64,000 nucleotides of DNA, taken from contig OY969577.1 in NCBI GenBank assembly GCA_963701235.1, positions 198,841-262,840 on the forward strand. Reading direction: 5' to 3'. How positions within the stretch are numbered: the first letter of the stretch is position 1; every line of letters starts with the position of its first letter. A program made the position numbers and the translations under genes. Below the pieces are notes generated by a model that worked only from the letters and a program-made list of their open reading frames with translations, had not been told where the DNA came from and did not search any database. This document shows positions 1 through 9,365 of the stretch, in pieces. This DNA comes from Candidatus Dormiibacterota bacterium (GTDB taxonomy: Bacteria > Chloroflexota > Dormibacteria > Aeolococcales > Bog-877).

Positions 1-1
1 C

Positions 2-160
2 GAACTCACGGCCAAGGGCCACCGGCTGATTCACGGGGCCCGTACAGAGCCATGGACCCAGATCACGGCTCGGCTTCTGAGCCCGGAGGTCCTGCTCATC
101 GCCGTGTGCTACACCCCGCAGTTCCACGAGAACGGCGCGCAGCGACCTGCCGCCGGGTAG
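2..160 (+). CDS. 3' end (52 codons) of an unidentified gene entering from upstream of the window (...PEVLLIAVCYTPQFHENGAQRPAAG*)
   Basis: Open frame from the window edge to TAG at 158-160 with GC-rich third positions. Convergent with folK. No family recognised. Confidence 0.3.
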   Translation, partial: ELTAKGHRLIHGARTEPWTQITARLLSPEVLLIAVCYTPQFHENGAQRPAAG

Positions 161-183
161 GCCAAGCCGGGCCCAGGGCTGAC

Positions 184-732
184 CTAGACCGCGGACGGCC
201 TGTCGTCGATGGCGTCGGTCGGCAGCGACGGTCGCCCATCCCCCAACGCCCAGCTGCCTCCCAGTCGCTGCCTGGCCAGCGCCAGGATCGTCAGTTCCTG
301 GCCCGGGAGAACCCACTCGGGAGCCACCAGGGCGGTCCCCCTGAGCAGATAGGGCCTGGTCATAAGCGCGTGGTGGGGTACCCGAAGTTGAGGGGTATCC
401 CAGTGCTCGGCCTCGATCAGGATGACGTCAACATCGAGAGTTCGGGGACCCTGCGCGATCCCCCTTCGGCGCCCCGCCCTTGCCTCCGCCGCCTGGCCCA
501 GCTCCAGCCAGCCCAGTCCGCTGCGCGGGCCCCGTACCAGCACCACCTGGTTGAGGAAATCGGGCTGAGGCGGGGCATCGACCGGGGCCGTGTTCCAGCG
601 AGGCCCGGCGGCCAGTAGCTCGATCCCCCGGTCTTGAAACTCGGTCAGCGCCAGATCCAGAAACTCCTCTCGGGGCTTCTGGTTACTGCCTAGCGCTAGG
701 ACGGCGCGGCGTGCTGGCGGAAGCGGCGCCAT
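184..732 (-). CDS. folK: 2-amino-4-hydroxy-6-hydroxymethyldihydropteridine pyrophosphokinase (HPPK)
   Basis: N-terminal LALGSN motif and overall HPPK-like sequence (GPRTLDVDVILIE). Lies immediately downstream of folB-folP on the same strand. Confidence 0.85.
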   Translation of the reverse strand: MAPLPPARRAVLALGSNQKPREEFLDLALTEFQDRGIELLAAGPRWNTAPVDAPPQPDFLNQVVLVRGPRSGLGWLELGQAAEARAGRRRGIAQGPRTLDVDVILIEAEHWDTPQLRVPHHALMTRPYLLRGTALVAPEWVLPGQELTILALARQRLGGSWALGDGRPSLPTDAIDDRPSAV

Positions 733-736
733 GGTA

Positions 737-1861
737 TCAGCGCCGTCGAACCAGGGCGTCGATGACCCGGGTCACGTCCCGGATCTCGGCGACGTCGTGA
801 ACCCGGACAATGTCCGCTCCCGCAGTGATCGACCAGGCCACGGTGGCCGCGGTGCCCATCAGGCGACCTTCGACCGGTCGCTCTTCGAGAAGCCAGCCGA
901 TCAGAGACTTGCGAGAGGTGCCGACCAGAATTGGACACCCCAAGGTCCTCAACTCGCGGAGCTGGCGCAGCACCTGGTAGTTCTGGGCGGGGCCCTTGCC
1001 AAAGCCTATGCCTGGATCCAGGACCACCCGATCGCGGGGGATACCCGCCTCCTCGGCCAGCCAGAGCGACTGCACCAGCCCTGCCAGAAGATCTCCCATC
1101 AGATCCAGATATCGGGTGCCGATGTGGTTGTGCATACAGATCACCGGCACCGTCGCCTCTGCGACCACCCGCGCCATGTCCGGGTCGCGGCGGAGCCCCC
1201 AGATGTCGTTGACGCCGTGGGCGCCAGCGGCTAGGGCTGCGCTGGCGACCTCCGCCTTGCTGGTATCGACGAAGATCGGGACCGCGACCTCCGCTGCGAT
1301 CAGCTCCAAAGCCGGCAGCACACGTCCCAGCTCCTCATCAGCCGAGACCGGTAGGTGTCCAGGACGAGTGCTCTCACCGCCAATGTCGATGGCGTCGGCG
1401 CCCTCCTCCACCAGGCGCAGCGCTCGTGCCAGGGCGGCTTCGCGATTGCCTCCAACGCCATCGCCGCTGAAGGAGTCGGGAGTGACGTTGACGACTCCCA
1501 GCAGGTAGGTCCGATCGCCGAACTCCCAAACCGAGTTGCCCACTCTCAGCGCCGGAGCTGGTGCGCTCAGCCTCTCCAGTGCCTCCCGGACTGCGATCAG
1601 GGGCTCCCCGCCCTGCCGGCCAGACGGGGCCACGCCCACTCTGCCCAGAAGGTCGCCCAGCTTGCCCTCTAGGAGAATCGAGCCGGCGCTGCCCTGGCTC
1701 ACCGCAGCGGGAGCTACGGCCGCCAGGCTGGCCAGGAGGTGCTCGCTCTGCGCACCAGCCTCGATGGTGAGGCAGACCTGGCTGTCGACGCCCAGGGTTG
1801 AGAGTTCGGGGTAGGGCGCCGTCAGGCGGACGATGATTCCGGGCTCGCGATCGTCGAACAT
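737..1861 (-). CDS. folP: Dihydroneopterin aldolase (N-terminal ~110 aa) fused to dihydropteroate synthase
   Basis: C-terminal region carries the DHPS signatures GVVNVTPDSFSGDG and DIGGESTRPG. The N-terminal extension resembles FolB. Operon with folK. Confidence 0.8.
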   Translation of the reverse strand: MFDDREPGIIVRLTAPYPELSTLGVDSQVCLTIEAGAQSEHLLASLAAVAPAAVSQGSAGSILLEGKLGDLLGRVGVAPSGRQGGEPLIAVREALERLSAPAPALRVGNSVWEFGDRTYLLGVVNVTPDSFSGDGVGGNREAALARALRLVEEGADAIDIGGESTRPGHLPVSADEELGRVLPALELIAAEVAVPIFVDTSKAEVASAALAAGAHGVNDIWGLRRDPDMARVVAEATVPVICMHNHIGTRYLDLMGDLLAGLVQSLWLAEEAGIPRDRVVLDPGIGFGKGPAQNYQVLRQLRELRTLGCPILVGTSRKSLIGWLLEERPVEGRLMGTAATVAWSITAGADIVRVHDVAEIRDVTRVIDALVRRR

Positions 1862-1922
1862 CGCTCCCAGTTTGCCGCAGGCTCTAACTGAGGAGAGGGG
1901 CTGAGCCTAGAATCAGCGTGCT

Positions 1923-3974
1923 ATGGCAGAGGGTTTGCGGGGACCCAGCTTGAACGTTGCCATCGTGGGCCACAGCCACGACGGCAAGACCAGCCTGGCG
2001 GAGTCGCTGCTGTTCGCCGCGGGAGCCTCGCCGCGCCTGGGTTCGACCGATCAGGGAACCGCTCTGCTGGACTACGAGCCCGAGGAGCAGCGCCGGCACA
2101 TCTCGGTCCAGCTCGGCATTGCCTGCCTGAGATGGAACGAGCTTCCCCTGGCACTCCTGGACACCCCCGGATTCCAGGACTTCGAGGGCGAGGTTCTGGA
2201 GGCGCTGGCGGTCGCCGACGCGGCGGTTCTGGTCGTCGGTGCGAACTCAGGCGGACAGCTGCCAGTGGGTGCCGAGAGCGGCTGGGACCTGCTGGCGACT
2301 CGCCGGTTGCCGCGGCTGATTGTTGTCACCAAGCTGGACAAAGAGCACGCCGACTTCGACGCCACCTATGCCAGCCTGCAGCGGCAGTTCAGCCCGAGAC
2401 CGATCGCGCTGCAGATCCCGATCGGGTCTGAGCACTCCTTCAAGGGGGCGGTGGACCTGCTCACGGGAAGGGCGGCGCTCTTCGACCCTCAGGGTGGCTA
2501 CAGCGAAGTCGCCTGTCCAGCGGACCTGGCCGAGCAGGCCAAGCAACGTCGCCAAGAACTGGTGGAGTCGGTCGCAGAGACCGACGATGCGCTCCTGGAG
2601 CGGTACCTGGATGGCCAGGAGCCCTCCGATGAGCAGATCAAGACGGCCCTGGGTGCAGCCACCTTGGCGGGCAAGCTGGCGCCGGTGCTGGTCGCGGCGC
2701 CGACGCAGGGCCTGGGGGCGGGGCCAGTCCTGGAGGCGCTGGCGAGCTGCCTGCTTCCGGCACCGAAAAGGGCTGCGGAGCAGAACGGAACGCCATCGCT
2801 GTTCTTCTTCAAGACCGTCGCCGATCCCTTCGGCAAGATCTCCTACTTCCGGGTGTTGAGCGGAACTCTGAAAGGCGATGCCCACCTCTTCAACTCCCGT
2901 ACCGGGGAGGCGGAGCGGATCGCCCGGCCGCTCCGACCCCGGGGCAAGACCCTGGAGCCTGTCGACCAGCTGGTCGAGGGAGAGATCGGCGCCGCCACCA
3001 AGCTGGTCCATGTCGTTACCGGCGACACCTTGGGACCGAAGGGCGTCGAGGCCTTCCCCCAATTCGAATTCCCGCCGACCTCCTACACGATGGCGATTCG
3101 ACCCAAGGCCAAGGGCGACGAGGAGAAGATCCATGCCGGGCTCAACCACATCTTGGAGGAGGACCCGACCCTCAGGATCGAGCGTGAGCCCGGTACTCAC
3201 GAGACCTTGCTGCACGGTCTCGGTGACGTTCATCTGGACGTCACCCTGGAGAAGCTGCGGCGCAAGTACCAGGTGGAGGCGGTCCTGGCCGTCCCCCATG
3301 TCCCCTACCAGGAGGCGATCCGGGGAACCGCCCGACAACAGCACAAGTACAAGAAGCAGTCCGGCGGCGCCGGCCTCTACGGCGACTGCACCATTGAGAT
3401 CGAGCCGCTGCCCCGGGGCGAGGGCTTCATCTGGGAGGACAAGATCTTCGGCGGTGCCATCCCCCAACAGTTCCGGCTCTCGGTCGAGAAGGGGGTGCGC
3501 CAGACCCTGGAGCAGGGCGTGCTGGCCGGCTATCCGATCGTCGACGTCAAGGTCCGACTCGTCGACGGCTCCACCCACGCGGTGGACGGCAAGGACATCG
3601 CCTTCCAGCTGGCTGGCGCAATGGCCATGCGCGAGGCAGTCGACAGGGCGGGCGCCTTCCTTCTGGAGCCGGTGATGGAGGTGGTGGTAATCGTCCCGGC
3701 CGCCAACATGGGCGACGTCATCGGCCACCTCAACGCCCGGCGAGGCCGGATCGGGGGTATGTCTCCAATGGGCGCCGGGCTGGAGCAGGTCACGGCCAAG
3801 GTGCCGTTGGCGGAGATGTACCAGTTCCCCATCGAGCTGCGCGCCGCCACCCAGGGCCGTGGCCGTTACACCATGGGCTTCGACCACTACGCAGAGGTCC
3901 CGCCCCAGGTGGCGCAGCCGATCGTGGCCGCCCGGCAACAGCAGTTGCACGGCCGCGAGGCAGCCAGCGCCTGA
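1923..3974 (+). CDS. Elongation factor G paralogue (EF-G2-like translational GTPase)
   Basis: G1 motif AIVGHSHDGKTS, DTPG motif and EF-G domain order. 683 aa. Not in an rpsL-rpsG-fusA context. Confidence 0.85.
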   Translation: MAEGLRGPSLNVAIVGHSHDGKTSLAESLLFAAGASPRLGSTDQGTALLDYEPEEQRRHISVQLGIACLRWNELPLALLDTPGFQDFEGEVLEALAVADAAVLVVGANSGGQLPVGAESGWDLLATRRLPRLIVVTKLDKEHADFDATYASLQRQFSPRPIALQIPIGSEHSFKGAVDLLTGRAALFDPQGGYSEVACPADLAEQAKQRRQELVESVAETDDALLERYLDGQEPSDEQIKTALGAATLAGKLAPVLVAAPTQGLGAGPVLEALASCLLPAPKRAAEQNGTPSLFFFKTVADPFGKISYFRVLSGTLKGDAHLFNSRTGEAERIARPLRPRGKTLEPVDQLVEGEIGAATKLVHVVTGDTLGPKGVEAFPQFEFPPTSYTMAIRPKAKGDEEKIHAGLNHILEEDPTLRIEREPGTHETLLHGLGDVHLDVTLEKLRRKYQVEAVLAVPHVPYQEAIRGTARQQHKYKKQSGGAGLYGDCTIEIEPLPRGEGFIWEDKIFGGAIPQQFRLSVEKGVRQTLEQGVLAGYPIVDVKVRLVDGSTHAVDGKDIAFQLAGAMAMREAVDRAGAFLLEPVMEVVVIVPAANMGDVIGHLNARRGRIGGMSPMGAGLEQVTAKVPLAEMYQFPIELRAATQGRGRYTMGFDHYAEVPPQVAQPIVAARQQQLHGREAASA

Positions 3975-4053
3975 GGTTTGGGCTTGCTCTGGGCAGGTAT
4001 AGTTGCATGAGCAATTACTTTGGCGGGCGTGGCCCGTCCCTGAGGAGAACCTG

Positions 4054-5031
4054 ATGCCGGCTATCACTGCGGAAAACCCTCTGGCCCTACCCCGACTGCC
4101 CCTGCTTGATCCGGCGCTCACTCCGCAGCGGCCGGTGCTATCGATCACCTCGGCCCCGAGTGCTCTCGAGGGCGAGGGCTTTCCGGTGCGACGTGCCTTC
4201 GCCGGCGTCAGCAAGGCCGAGCTCGACCCGTTCGTTCACATGGACCAAATGGGCGAGGTCGACTATGCCCCGGGCGAGCCCAAGGGCACCCCTTGGCATC
4301 CCCACCGGGGCTTCGAGACCGTCACCTACATGATCGACGGGACCTTCCAACACCAGGACTCCAATGGCGGTGGCGGGCTGATTACCAACGGCGACACCCA
4401 GTGGATGACCGCCGGTTCCGGCATCCTCCACATCGAGACGCCGCCGGAGCGGCTGGTGATCTCGGGCGGGCTTTTCCACGGGATCCAACTCTGGGTCAAC
4501 CTGCCCGCCGCCACCAAGTGGGCTCCGCCGCGCTACCAGGACATTCGAGCTGGCAAGGTGACTCTACTTTCCTCTCCAGACGGCGGCGCTCTGGTGCGCG
4601 TCATCGCCGGCGATCTCGCCGGCCACTCCCGACCCGGGATCACCCACACCCCGATCGTTCTCGTCCATGCCACGCTCAGCCCGGGGGCGCAGCTGGTGCT
4701 GCCCTGGCGGCCGGACTTCAATGCTCTGGTCTACGGACTGGCCGGAGCCGGATCCGCCGGGCCGACCGGCGCCAAGTTCGGCATGGGTCAGCTGGTCGTG
4801 TTTGGGGCCGGAGAGGCGATCACGATCAGCGCCGACCTGGAGCAGGAGAGTCGCAGCCCAGCTCTGGACGTCCTCATTCTTGGGGGCCAGCCCATCCGGG
4901 AACCGGTGGCGCAGTACGGGCCTTTCGTGATGAACACCGAGGCTGAACTGAGGCAAGCCTTCGAGGATTACCGAGCCGGCAAGCTCGGGATCATCCCCGC
5001 CGACCAGCTGGATGCCCCTGCCCGAGCCTAG
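4054..5031 (+). CDS. Pirin-family cupin protein
   Basis: HPHRGFETVTYMIDG cupin motif with bicupin length. ATG at 4054 preceded by GAGGAG. The ORF-track start at 4003 is probably an upstream extension. Confidence 0.85.
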   Translation: MPAITAENPLALPRLPLLDPALTPQRPVLSITSAPSALEGEGFPVRRAFAGVSKAELDPFVHMDQMGEVDYAPGEPKGTPWHPHRGFETVTYMIDGTFQHQDSNGGGGLITNGDTQWMTAGSGILHIETPPERLVISGGLFHGIQLWVNLPAATKWAPPRYQDIRAGKVTLLSSPDGGALVRVIAGDLAGHSRPGITHTPIVLVHATLSPGAQLVLPWRPDFNALVYGLAGAGSAGPTGAKFGMGQLVVFGAGEAITISADLEQESRSPALDVLILGGQPIREPVAQYGPFVMNTEAELRQAFEDYRAGKLGIIPADQLDAPARA

Positions 5032-5429
5032 TCGGCCAGAAAGCTGAGCCGAACCCGTCGTTGGTTGTTGTCGCGGTCGGTGTCGACCAGGGCCACACTC
5101 TGCCAGGTACCGAGGGCCGGCACTCCCTCCAAAACCGGTACGGTCACCGAGCTTCCCAGAACCGCGGGGACCAGATGATCGGCGCCGTGGCCGTGATGGC
5201 CATGCCGATGCCGATAGTCGCCATCTGGGGGCAGGGTCTGCTGCAGCCACCGCAGCAGGTCCACGTCACTGCCGGAGCCGAGCTCGATCAGGACCAGCGC
5301 GGCGGTGGCATGGGGCACGAACGCTTGGACCAGGCCGTCTCCCTTACCGGCGCAAAATCCGCGCACCTGATCGGTGAGGTCGACCACTGGCTGGCCCTCG
5401 GTGTTCACTCGCAGCTCCTCCGAGATCAC
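5028..5429 (-). CDS. YjbQ/UPF0047 family protein (secondary thiamine-phosphate synthase-like)
   Basis: 133 aa with the His-rich HRHGHHGHGADH segment typical of the YjbQ family. Convergent 4-nt overlap with pirin. Confidence 0.7.
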   Translation of the reverse strand: MISEELRVNTEGQPVVDLTDQVRGFCAGKGDGLVQAFVPHATAALVLIELGSGSDVDLLRWLQQTLPPDGDYRHRHGHHGHGADHLVPAVLGSSVTVPVLEGVPALGTWQSVALVDTDRDNNQRRVRLSFLAD

Positions 5430-5458
5430 CCCGTTGGCTGCTGGGTGGGGAGTCTCAT

Positions 5459-6037
5459 CTAGATCCCCGGCCGCCCGGCTCCAACCACCAGGTCGAGAGC
5501 TCCGGCGAGGGCCAGACCCGCCAGGGTCTTGGCGTCACGGAGCTGACCGCGAAACACCAATTCCGCCAGCTCTGACCGGGAGAAGGACCGGGTCTCCAAC
5601 ACCTCGTCAGGATCCGGATGGACCCCGTCCTCAGAACGGGTCAGACCAGTAGCCCGGAAGTACCAAAGAAGCTCGGTGCTGTAGCCGGGCGCCAGAAATG
5701 TGGCGCCCACACCCAGCCAGGACTCGGCCGCGTAGCCGGTCTCCTCGGCGAGCTCGCGCCGGGCCGTCTCCAGGGGAGACTCGCCCGCCTCGCGGCCACC
5801 GGCCGGGATCTCCCACAGACTCTCCTGGGCCGGGTGCCGGTACTGGCGGACCAGCATTACCGATCCGTCCTCGGCGATGGCCACCACCCCGACCCCGCCC
5901 GGATGGTGCACCACCTCCCGCTCAGCCTCCAAGCCGGAGTCGAGCCGAACCCGGTCCACAGTGATGCGGATCAGCCTCCCGGAGAACCGCTCCTGGCTGA
6001 CGAGCAACACCTCTGGGGTCCGGTCGGAAGGGCTCAT
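5459..6037 (-). CDS. NUDIX hydrolase (ADP-ribose pyrophosphatase-like)
   Basis: Nudix box GGREAGESPLETARRELAEETGY. Start placed at the internal Met (MSPSDRTPEV). Confidence 0.8.
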   Translation of the reverse strand: MSPSDRTPEVLLVSQERFSGRLIRITVDRVRLDSGLEAEREVVHHPGGVGVVAIAEDGSVMLVRQYRHPAQESLWEIPAGGREAGESPLETARRELAEETGYAAESWLGVGATFLAPGYSTELLWYFRATGLTRSEDGVHPDPDEVLETRSFSRSELAELVFRGQLRDAKTLAGLALAGALDLVVGAGRPGI

Positions 6038-6065
6038 CCATACCGGAGGATAGGCGAACTGCGGC

Positions 6066-6461
6066 GTGCGTATGATGGCGCCCATGTCGCTGGGAGCCGC
6101 ATACAGCAACCCCTACGAAGTGACTGCGCTGCAGATCGCTGCTGCGCGGGCGCAGCTGACATTTCGCTCCCGGCACCGACGCTCCCCGCAACAGCGCTTG
6201 GAGGCGTCCGACCAGCTTTTGGAGCATGTCGAACATTGCCGGCTGCAGTCGCTGCCGACGGTTGCAGACGAAGTGTTTGAGCAGGTGGCGGCGCTGGTGA
6301 TATCGGTAGACCCCGGGATGCGCCTGGCGCTTGGCGGCAGACGTGACCCCGACCATGTGGGGGAGATCCTGTTTCAGGTTCAGCGGCGCCTGATGCGAGC
6401 GGTGCAGGATGAGCGCGGGCGGGGACTTGCCCCAGTCATCCCCCTCTTCCCCTCTCCCTAA
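6066..6461 (+). CDS. Hypothetical protein (131 aa)
   Basis: Fills the 300-bp gap between the NUDIX and PfkB genes with GC-rich third positions. No recognisable motif. Overlaps both neighbours, so it may be spurious. Confidence 0.3.
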   Translation: MRMMAPMSLGAAYSNPYEVTALQIAAARAQLTFRSRHRRSPQQRLEASDQLLEHVEHCRLQSLPTVADEVFEQVAALVISVDPGMRLALGGRRDPDHVGEILFQVQRRLMRAVQDERGRGLAPVIPLFPSP

Positions 6462-7347
6462 GGAGACAGGCGAGCGCGCCGGCGCGGGTTGGGGAATCAC
6501 CGCCGCCGGCAGCCTGGGCTTCGACGACCTGACCACTCCCGCTGGGCGACGACGCGAGCTGCCGGGCGGCTCGGCCCTCTACTCCTCACTGGCGGCCTCC
6601 CGCTTCTGCGCCGTTCGGGTCGCGGCGGTGGTGGGGTCCGACGGCAGCTCCCTGCTGGACCTCCTCGACGCGGCCGCGGTCGACCGCTCGTCGGTGACCC
6701 AGCTGCCCGGCGTGACTTACCGCTGGCGCGCGCAACACCATCCCAGCCAGGGTGTCCCCGTCCACGAAGAGCAGCGGCTGGGGGTCTACATGGACTGGCG
6801 GCCCCAGCTCACGCCAGCCGCACGTGGCAGCGAGATCCTCTTCCTGGGCTCGATGCATCCCGCGCGCCAGCTCGACGTGCTGCAGCAATGTCGAGCGGCG
6901 CGGCTGGTGGCGCTGGACACGATGCGGGACTTTATCGCCGGTGATCGGGAAAAATTGGAGCAACTGCTGCAGCACACTGATCTGCTCTTCGTCAATGAGT
7001 CGGAACTGCGCGCACTGACTCCCTCCCCCGGCCAAGGCCCCCTGGAGGCTGCCCGTGAGGCAGTCGAGCGCTGGCATCTGCAAGAGGTGATACTCAAGCT
7101 CGGCGCTCGAGGAGCCGCGACAGTTTCTCAGACCGCCACCCGCGAGTTTCCAGCCGCCCCCGGTCCGTCGGTCGTGGATCCAACCGGCGCCGGGGATGCG
7201 TTGGCCGGTGGTTTGCTGGGGCGTCTGGCACAGTTACAGCGCACAGACAGTGACGCCATCGACGATGGGATGGCTGACGGCGGGCGTGCAGCTCGCGCTG
7301 CGATTGCAGCGTTCGGGGCTCAAGGCTTGATGCCTCTGCGTGAGTGA
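6409..7347 (+). CDS. PfkB-family carbohydrate kinase (ribokinase-like)
   Basis: C-terminal PfkB signature DPTGAGDALAGGLLG. Exact start uncertain. Confidence 0.75.
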   Translation: MSAGGDLPQSSPSSPLPKETGERAGAGWGITAAGSLGFDDLTTPAGRRRELPGGSALYSSLAASRFCAVRVAAVVGSDGSSLLDLLDAAAVDRSSVTQLPGVTYRWRAQHHPSQGVPVHEEQRLGVYMDWRPQLTPAARGSEILFLGSMHPARQLDVLQQCRAARLVALDTMRDFIAGDREKLEQLLQHTDLLFVNESELRALTPSPGQGPLEAAREAVERWHLQEVILKLGARGAATVSQTATREFPAAPGPSVVDPTGAGDALAGGLLGRLAQLQRTDSDAIDDGMADGGRAARAAIAAFGAQGLMPLRE

Positions 7348-7441
7348 CGACCGCCCCATCCGACCGTCTGCAACTCTGCCGTATCAGATGTTGGGCAGAG
7401 ACCGCTCACGCGTTGCTAATCTGCCGGCACTCAGACGGGTT

Positions 7442-9076
7442 TCAGTGGCCGGTAGCAACCTGGCCGATCTTAAGCCCGAGCACCAACACGGCCACCACTA
7501 GATAAGCGCGCAAGACGTACATTCCGATGCGCTGACCCTGGGACCAGACTGGAGGCTTCAGTGTTGCCAGGGGTGCCATGCGCCAGTGCCGTCGATCTCC
7601 TCCCACTGCACGCAGACGTTCGGTGTTCTTGGCTTGCCGCTTGCGGGATGACAGACCCAACCAAATCAGGCCGGCCGCTCCCAGCAAGACCACAACAGAA
7701 GTGAACGGGCCGAGCGGCAAACCGGGGAACACGGTCGTAACGGTGAGGATTAGCGATAGGAGCACCAGAATTCCCACGATCACGCTGGCCACGACGTTCT
7801 GGCGGGTGGAGTTGACCCAGGGTCCGAGAACCTCGTGGTCATTGCATAGGAGCACGAGGAAGACGATCGCCGAGGGCAAGAGCACACCGGCCAGAACCTG
7901 GACCCCGGTGGTCATCAATCCCAGTGGCGCATTGGGGATGAGCACGACACTAGCGGCAAGAGCGATGAGCAGAGCAAAGGTCAGATAGAAGCCCTTGGCT
8001 TCCCTGGGGCTTCTGTGTAGGGAGTGGCGAAGACCGAAGACATCGCCAAGGGCGTAGGAAGTCGCGAGGGTCACCGCTGAAGCGCCGATTACCGATGCGT
8101 TCACCAGGATCACCGCAAAAATGGCGCCCGATGCGGAGCCCGCTTGACGGCTCAACCCGTGAGCCACGGTAAGCGCCGACCCAAACTGTCCCGCAAGATT
8201 GCTATGCGAAAATGCAAAGGCTGTAGCGATCATCAACGCCGCGGCGCCCGAGGTGGTCAGCACAGCTCCGATGGACGTGTCGGCCAGTTCGTACTTGAGC
8301 CATCTGGTGGTGATGCGTTTGTCGATAACGTTTGATTGCTGGAAGAAGAGCTGCCAGGGCGCGATGGTGGTACCCACGACGGCGATCACAAAGAGTACCG
8401 ATGTGTTGTTGAAGCCTCCTCTGACGCCGGGATGTGTCACGCCGGTCAGGATGGGTTGGGCCGACGGATGGGAGAGCGCGGCCAAGGGGAACATCAGAAG
8501 GCTGGTGATGATGAACACGAACATAAAGCGCTCCCAGAGCTGGAAGCTTCCCGTGGTCACCATCGCTAGTAGTCCGACCGCGACGATGGGGACCGAGGCG
8601 AGAGGTGTTATCCCGAAGTAGCGCAGTCCAAGGTTGACCCCGATGAATTCGGTCACCAGGGTTAGGAAATTGAGCAGGAAGAGGTCGCCGACCGAGAAGG
8701 CCGCCCAGAAGTTGCCGAACCGCTCCTTGATTAGGGTCGCGTGGCCCACTCCGGTGACGGCACCCAGACGCGCCACCATCTCCTGGGCGACGATCAGGGT
8801 GGGGATGAGCAGCACCAGCACCCATAGGAGGCTTGGCCCGTAGTCCTGCCCCGCCTGGGCGTAGGTGGCGACCCCCCCGGCGTCGTTGTCACCAACCATC
8901 ACCACCAGCCCCGGACCCATGATCGCGGCCAGCGTCAGCAGTCGGCGAGACCAAGAGAGGGGCCGATTGCTGGCCCCCGCGGGAACCGTACCGAAGGCGC
9001 CGCGAATCTCGTGCTCCGGGGCCGGATCCCGGACCGCGAAGCCCGGTGGCGCCAGCGGGCGTTGCTCCTCCGACAT
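7442..9076 (-). CDS. NRAMP/SLC11-family divalent cation transporter of the NRMT-like (putative Mg2+) type, with a C-terminal extension
   Basis: TM1 segment MGPGLVVMVGDNDAGGVATYAQAGQDYG aligns with the NRAMP GPGFL...DPGN...QAG block, but the DPGN Asn is Gly (DAGG). Many TM helices. AGGAGGT Shine-Dalgarno 5 nt before the ATG. Confidence 0.85.
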   Translation of the reverse strand: MSEEQRPLAPPGFAVRDPAPEHEIRGAFGTVPAGASNRPLSWSRRLLTLAAIMGPGLVVMVGDNDAGGVATYAQAGQDYGPSLLWVLVLLIPTLIVAQEMVARLGAVTGVGHATLIKERFGNFWAAFSVGDLFLLNFLTLVTEFIGVNLGLRYFGITPLASVPIVAVGLLAMVTTGSFQLWERFMFVFIITSLLMFPLAALSHPSAQPILTGVTHPGVRGGFNNTSVLFVIAVVGTTIAPWQLFFQQSNVIDKRITTRWLKYELADTSIGAVLTTSGAAALMIATAFAFSHSNLAGQFGSALTVAHGLSRQAGSASGAIFAVILVNASVIGASAVTLATSYALGDVFGLRHSLHRSPREAKGFYLTFALLIALAASVVLIPNAPLGLMTTGVQVLAGVLLPSAIVFLVLLCNDHEVLGPWVNSTRQNVVASVIVGILVLLSLILTVTTVFPGLPLGPFTSVVVLLGAAGLIWLGLSSRKRQAKNTERLRAVGGDRRHWRMAPLATLKPPVWSQGQRIGMYVLRAYLVVAVLVLGLKIGQVATGH

Positions 9077-9365
9077 AACGGACCTCCTGGCGTGGTTGCT
9101 AGTACTCGACGTGCTGGGCGCACGCCGGGGAGGCCGCCGAAGGTGTCTCTAGGGGCTTACGGCGTGCGCGGTAGGCGGGCCAAGCGGTCTACTTGAACCG
9201 TCCATGCGCACCTCCATGCCCTGCTGATCGATACCACCCCAGGTCTGAAGGATTGATTAGGGTGAGTATCGGGAACCGCGCCGCAGCGCCCGCTTATGCT
9301 ACCAGTGTGAACTTGTGGGGAGGTCCCTCGGGTCCTAGAACGCGCGGCTTCGCCACCAAGTAGAG

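Noticed and set aside
52-618. 188-aa + strand ORF at the window start overlapping folK
   Set aside because: Antisense to a well-supported folK gene. Arg/Pro/Gly-rich composition is typical of spurious frames in high-GC DNA. Only bases 2-160 form a plausible gene tail in a different frame.
2247-4214. 655-aa minus-strand ORF
   Set aside because: Lies entirely antisense to the EF-G paralogue and pirin. The low-complexity R/G/A-rich translation is a high-GC artefact.
5922-6536. 204-aa minus-strand ORF spanning the NUDIX-PfkB gap
   Set aside because: Overlaps the NUDIX N-terminus and the PfkB start. The plus-strand 131-aa ORF fits the gap better, and neither has recognisable motifs.
9077-9365. 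Possible M-box (ykoK) Mg2+ riboswitch upstream of the NRAMP-like or MgtE_N genes
   Set aside because: Compared both orientations to the remembered M-box core (GUUAGGUGAGG...AAUGGGUCAACAG...ACAUAAGGUGA). Only a vague GGGTGAG resemblance. Not called.
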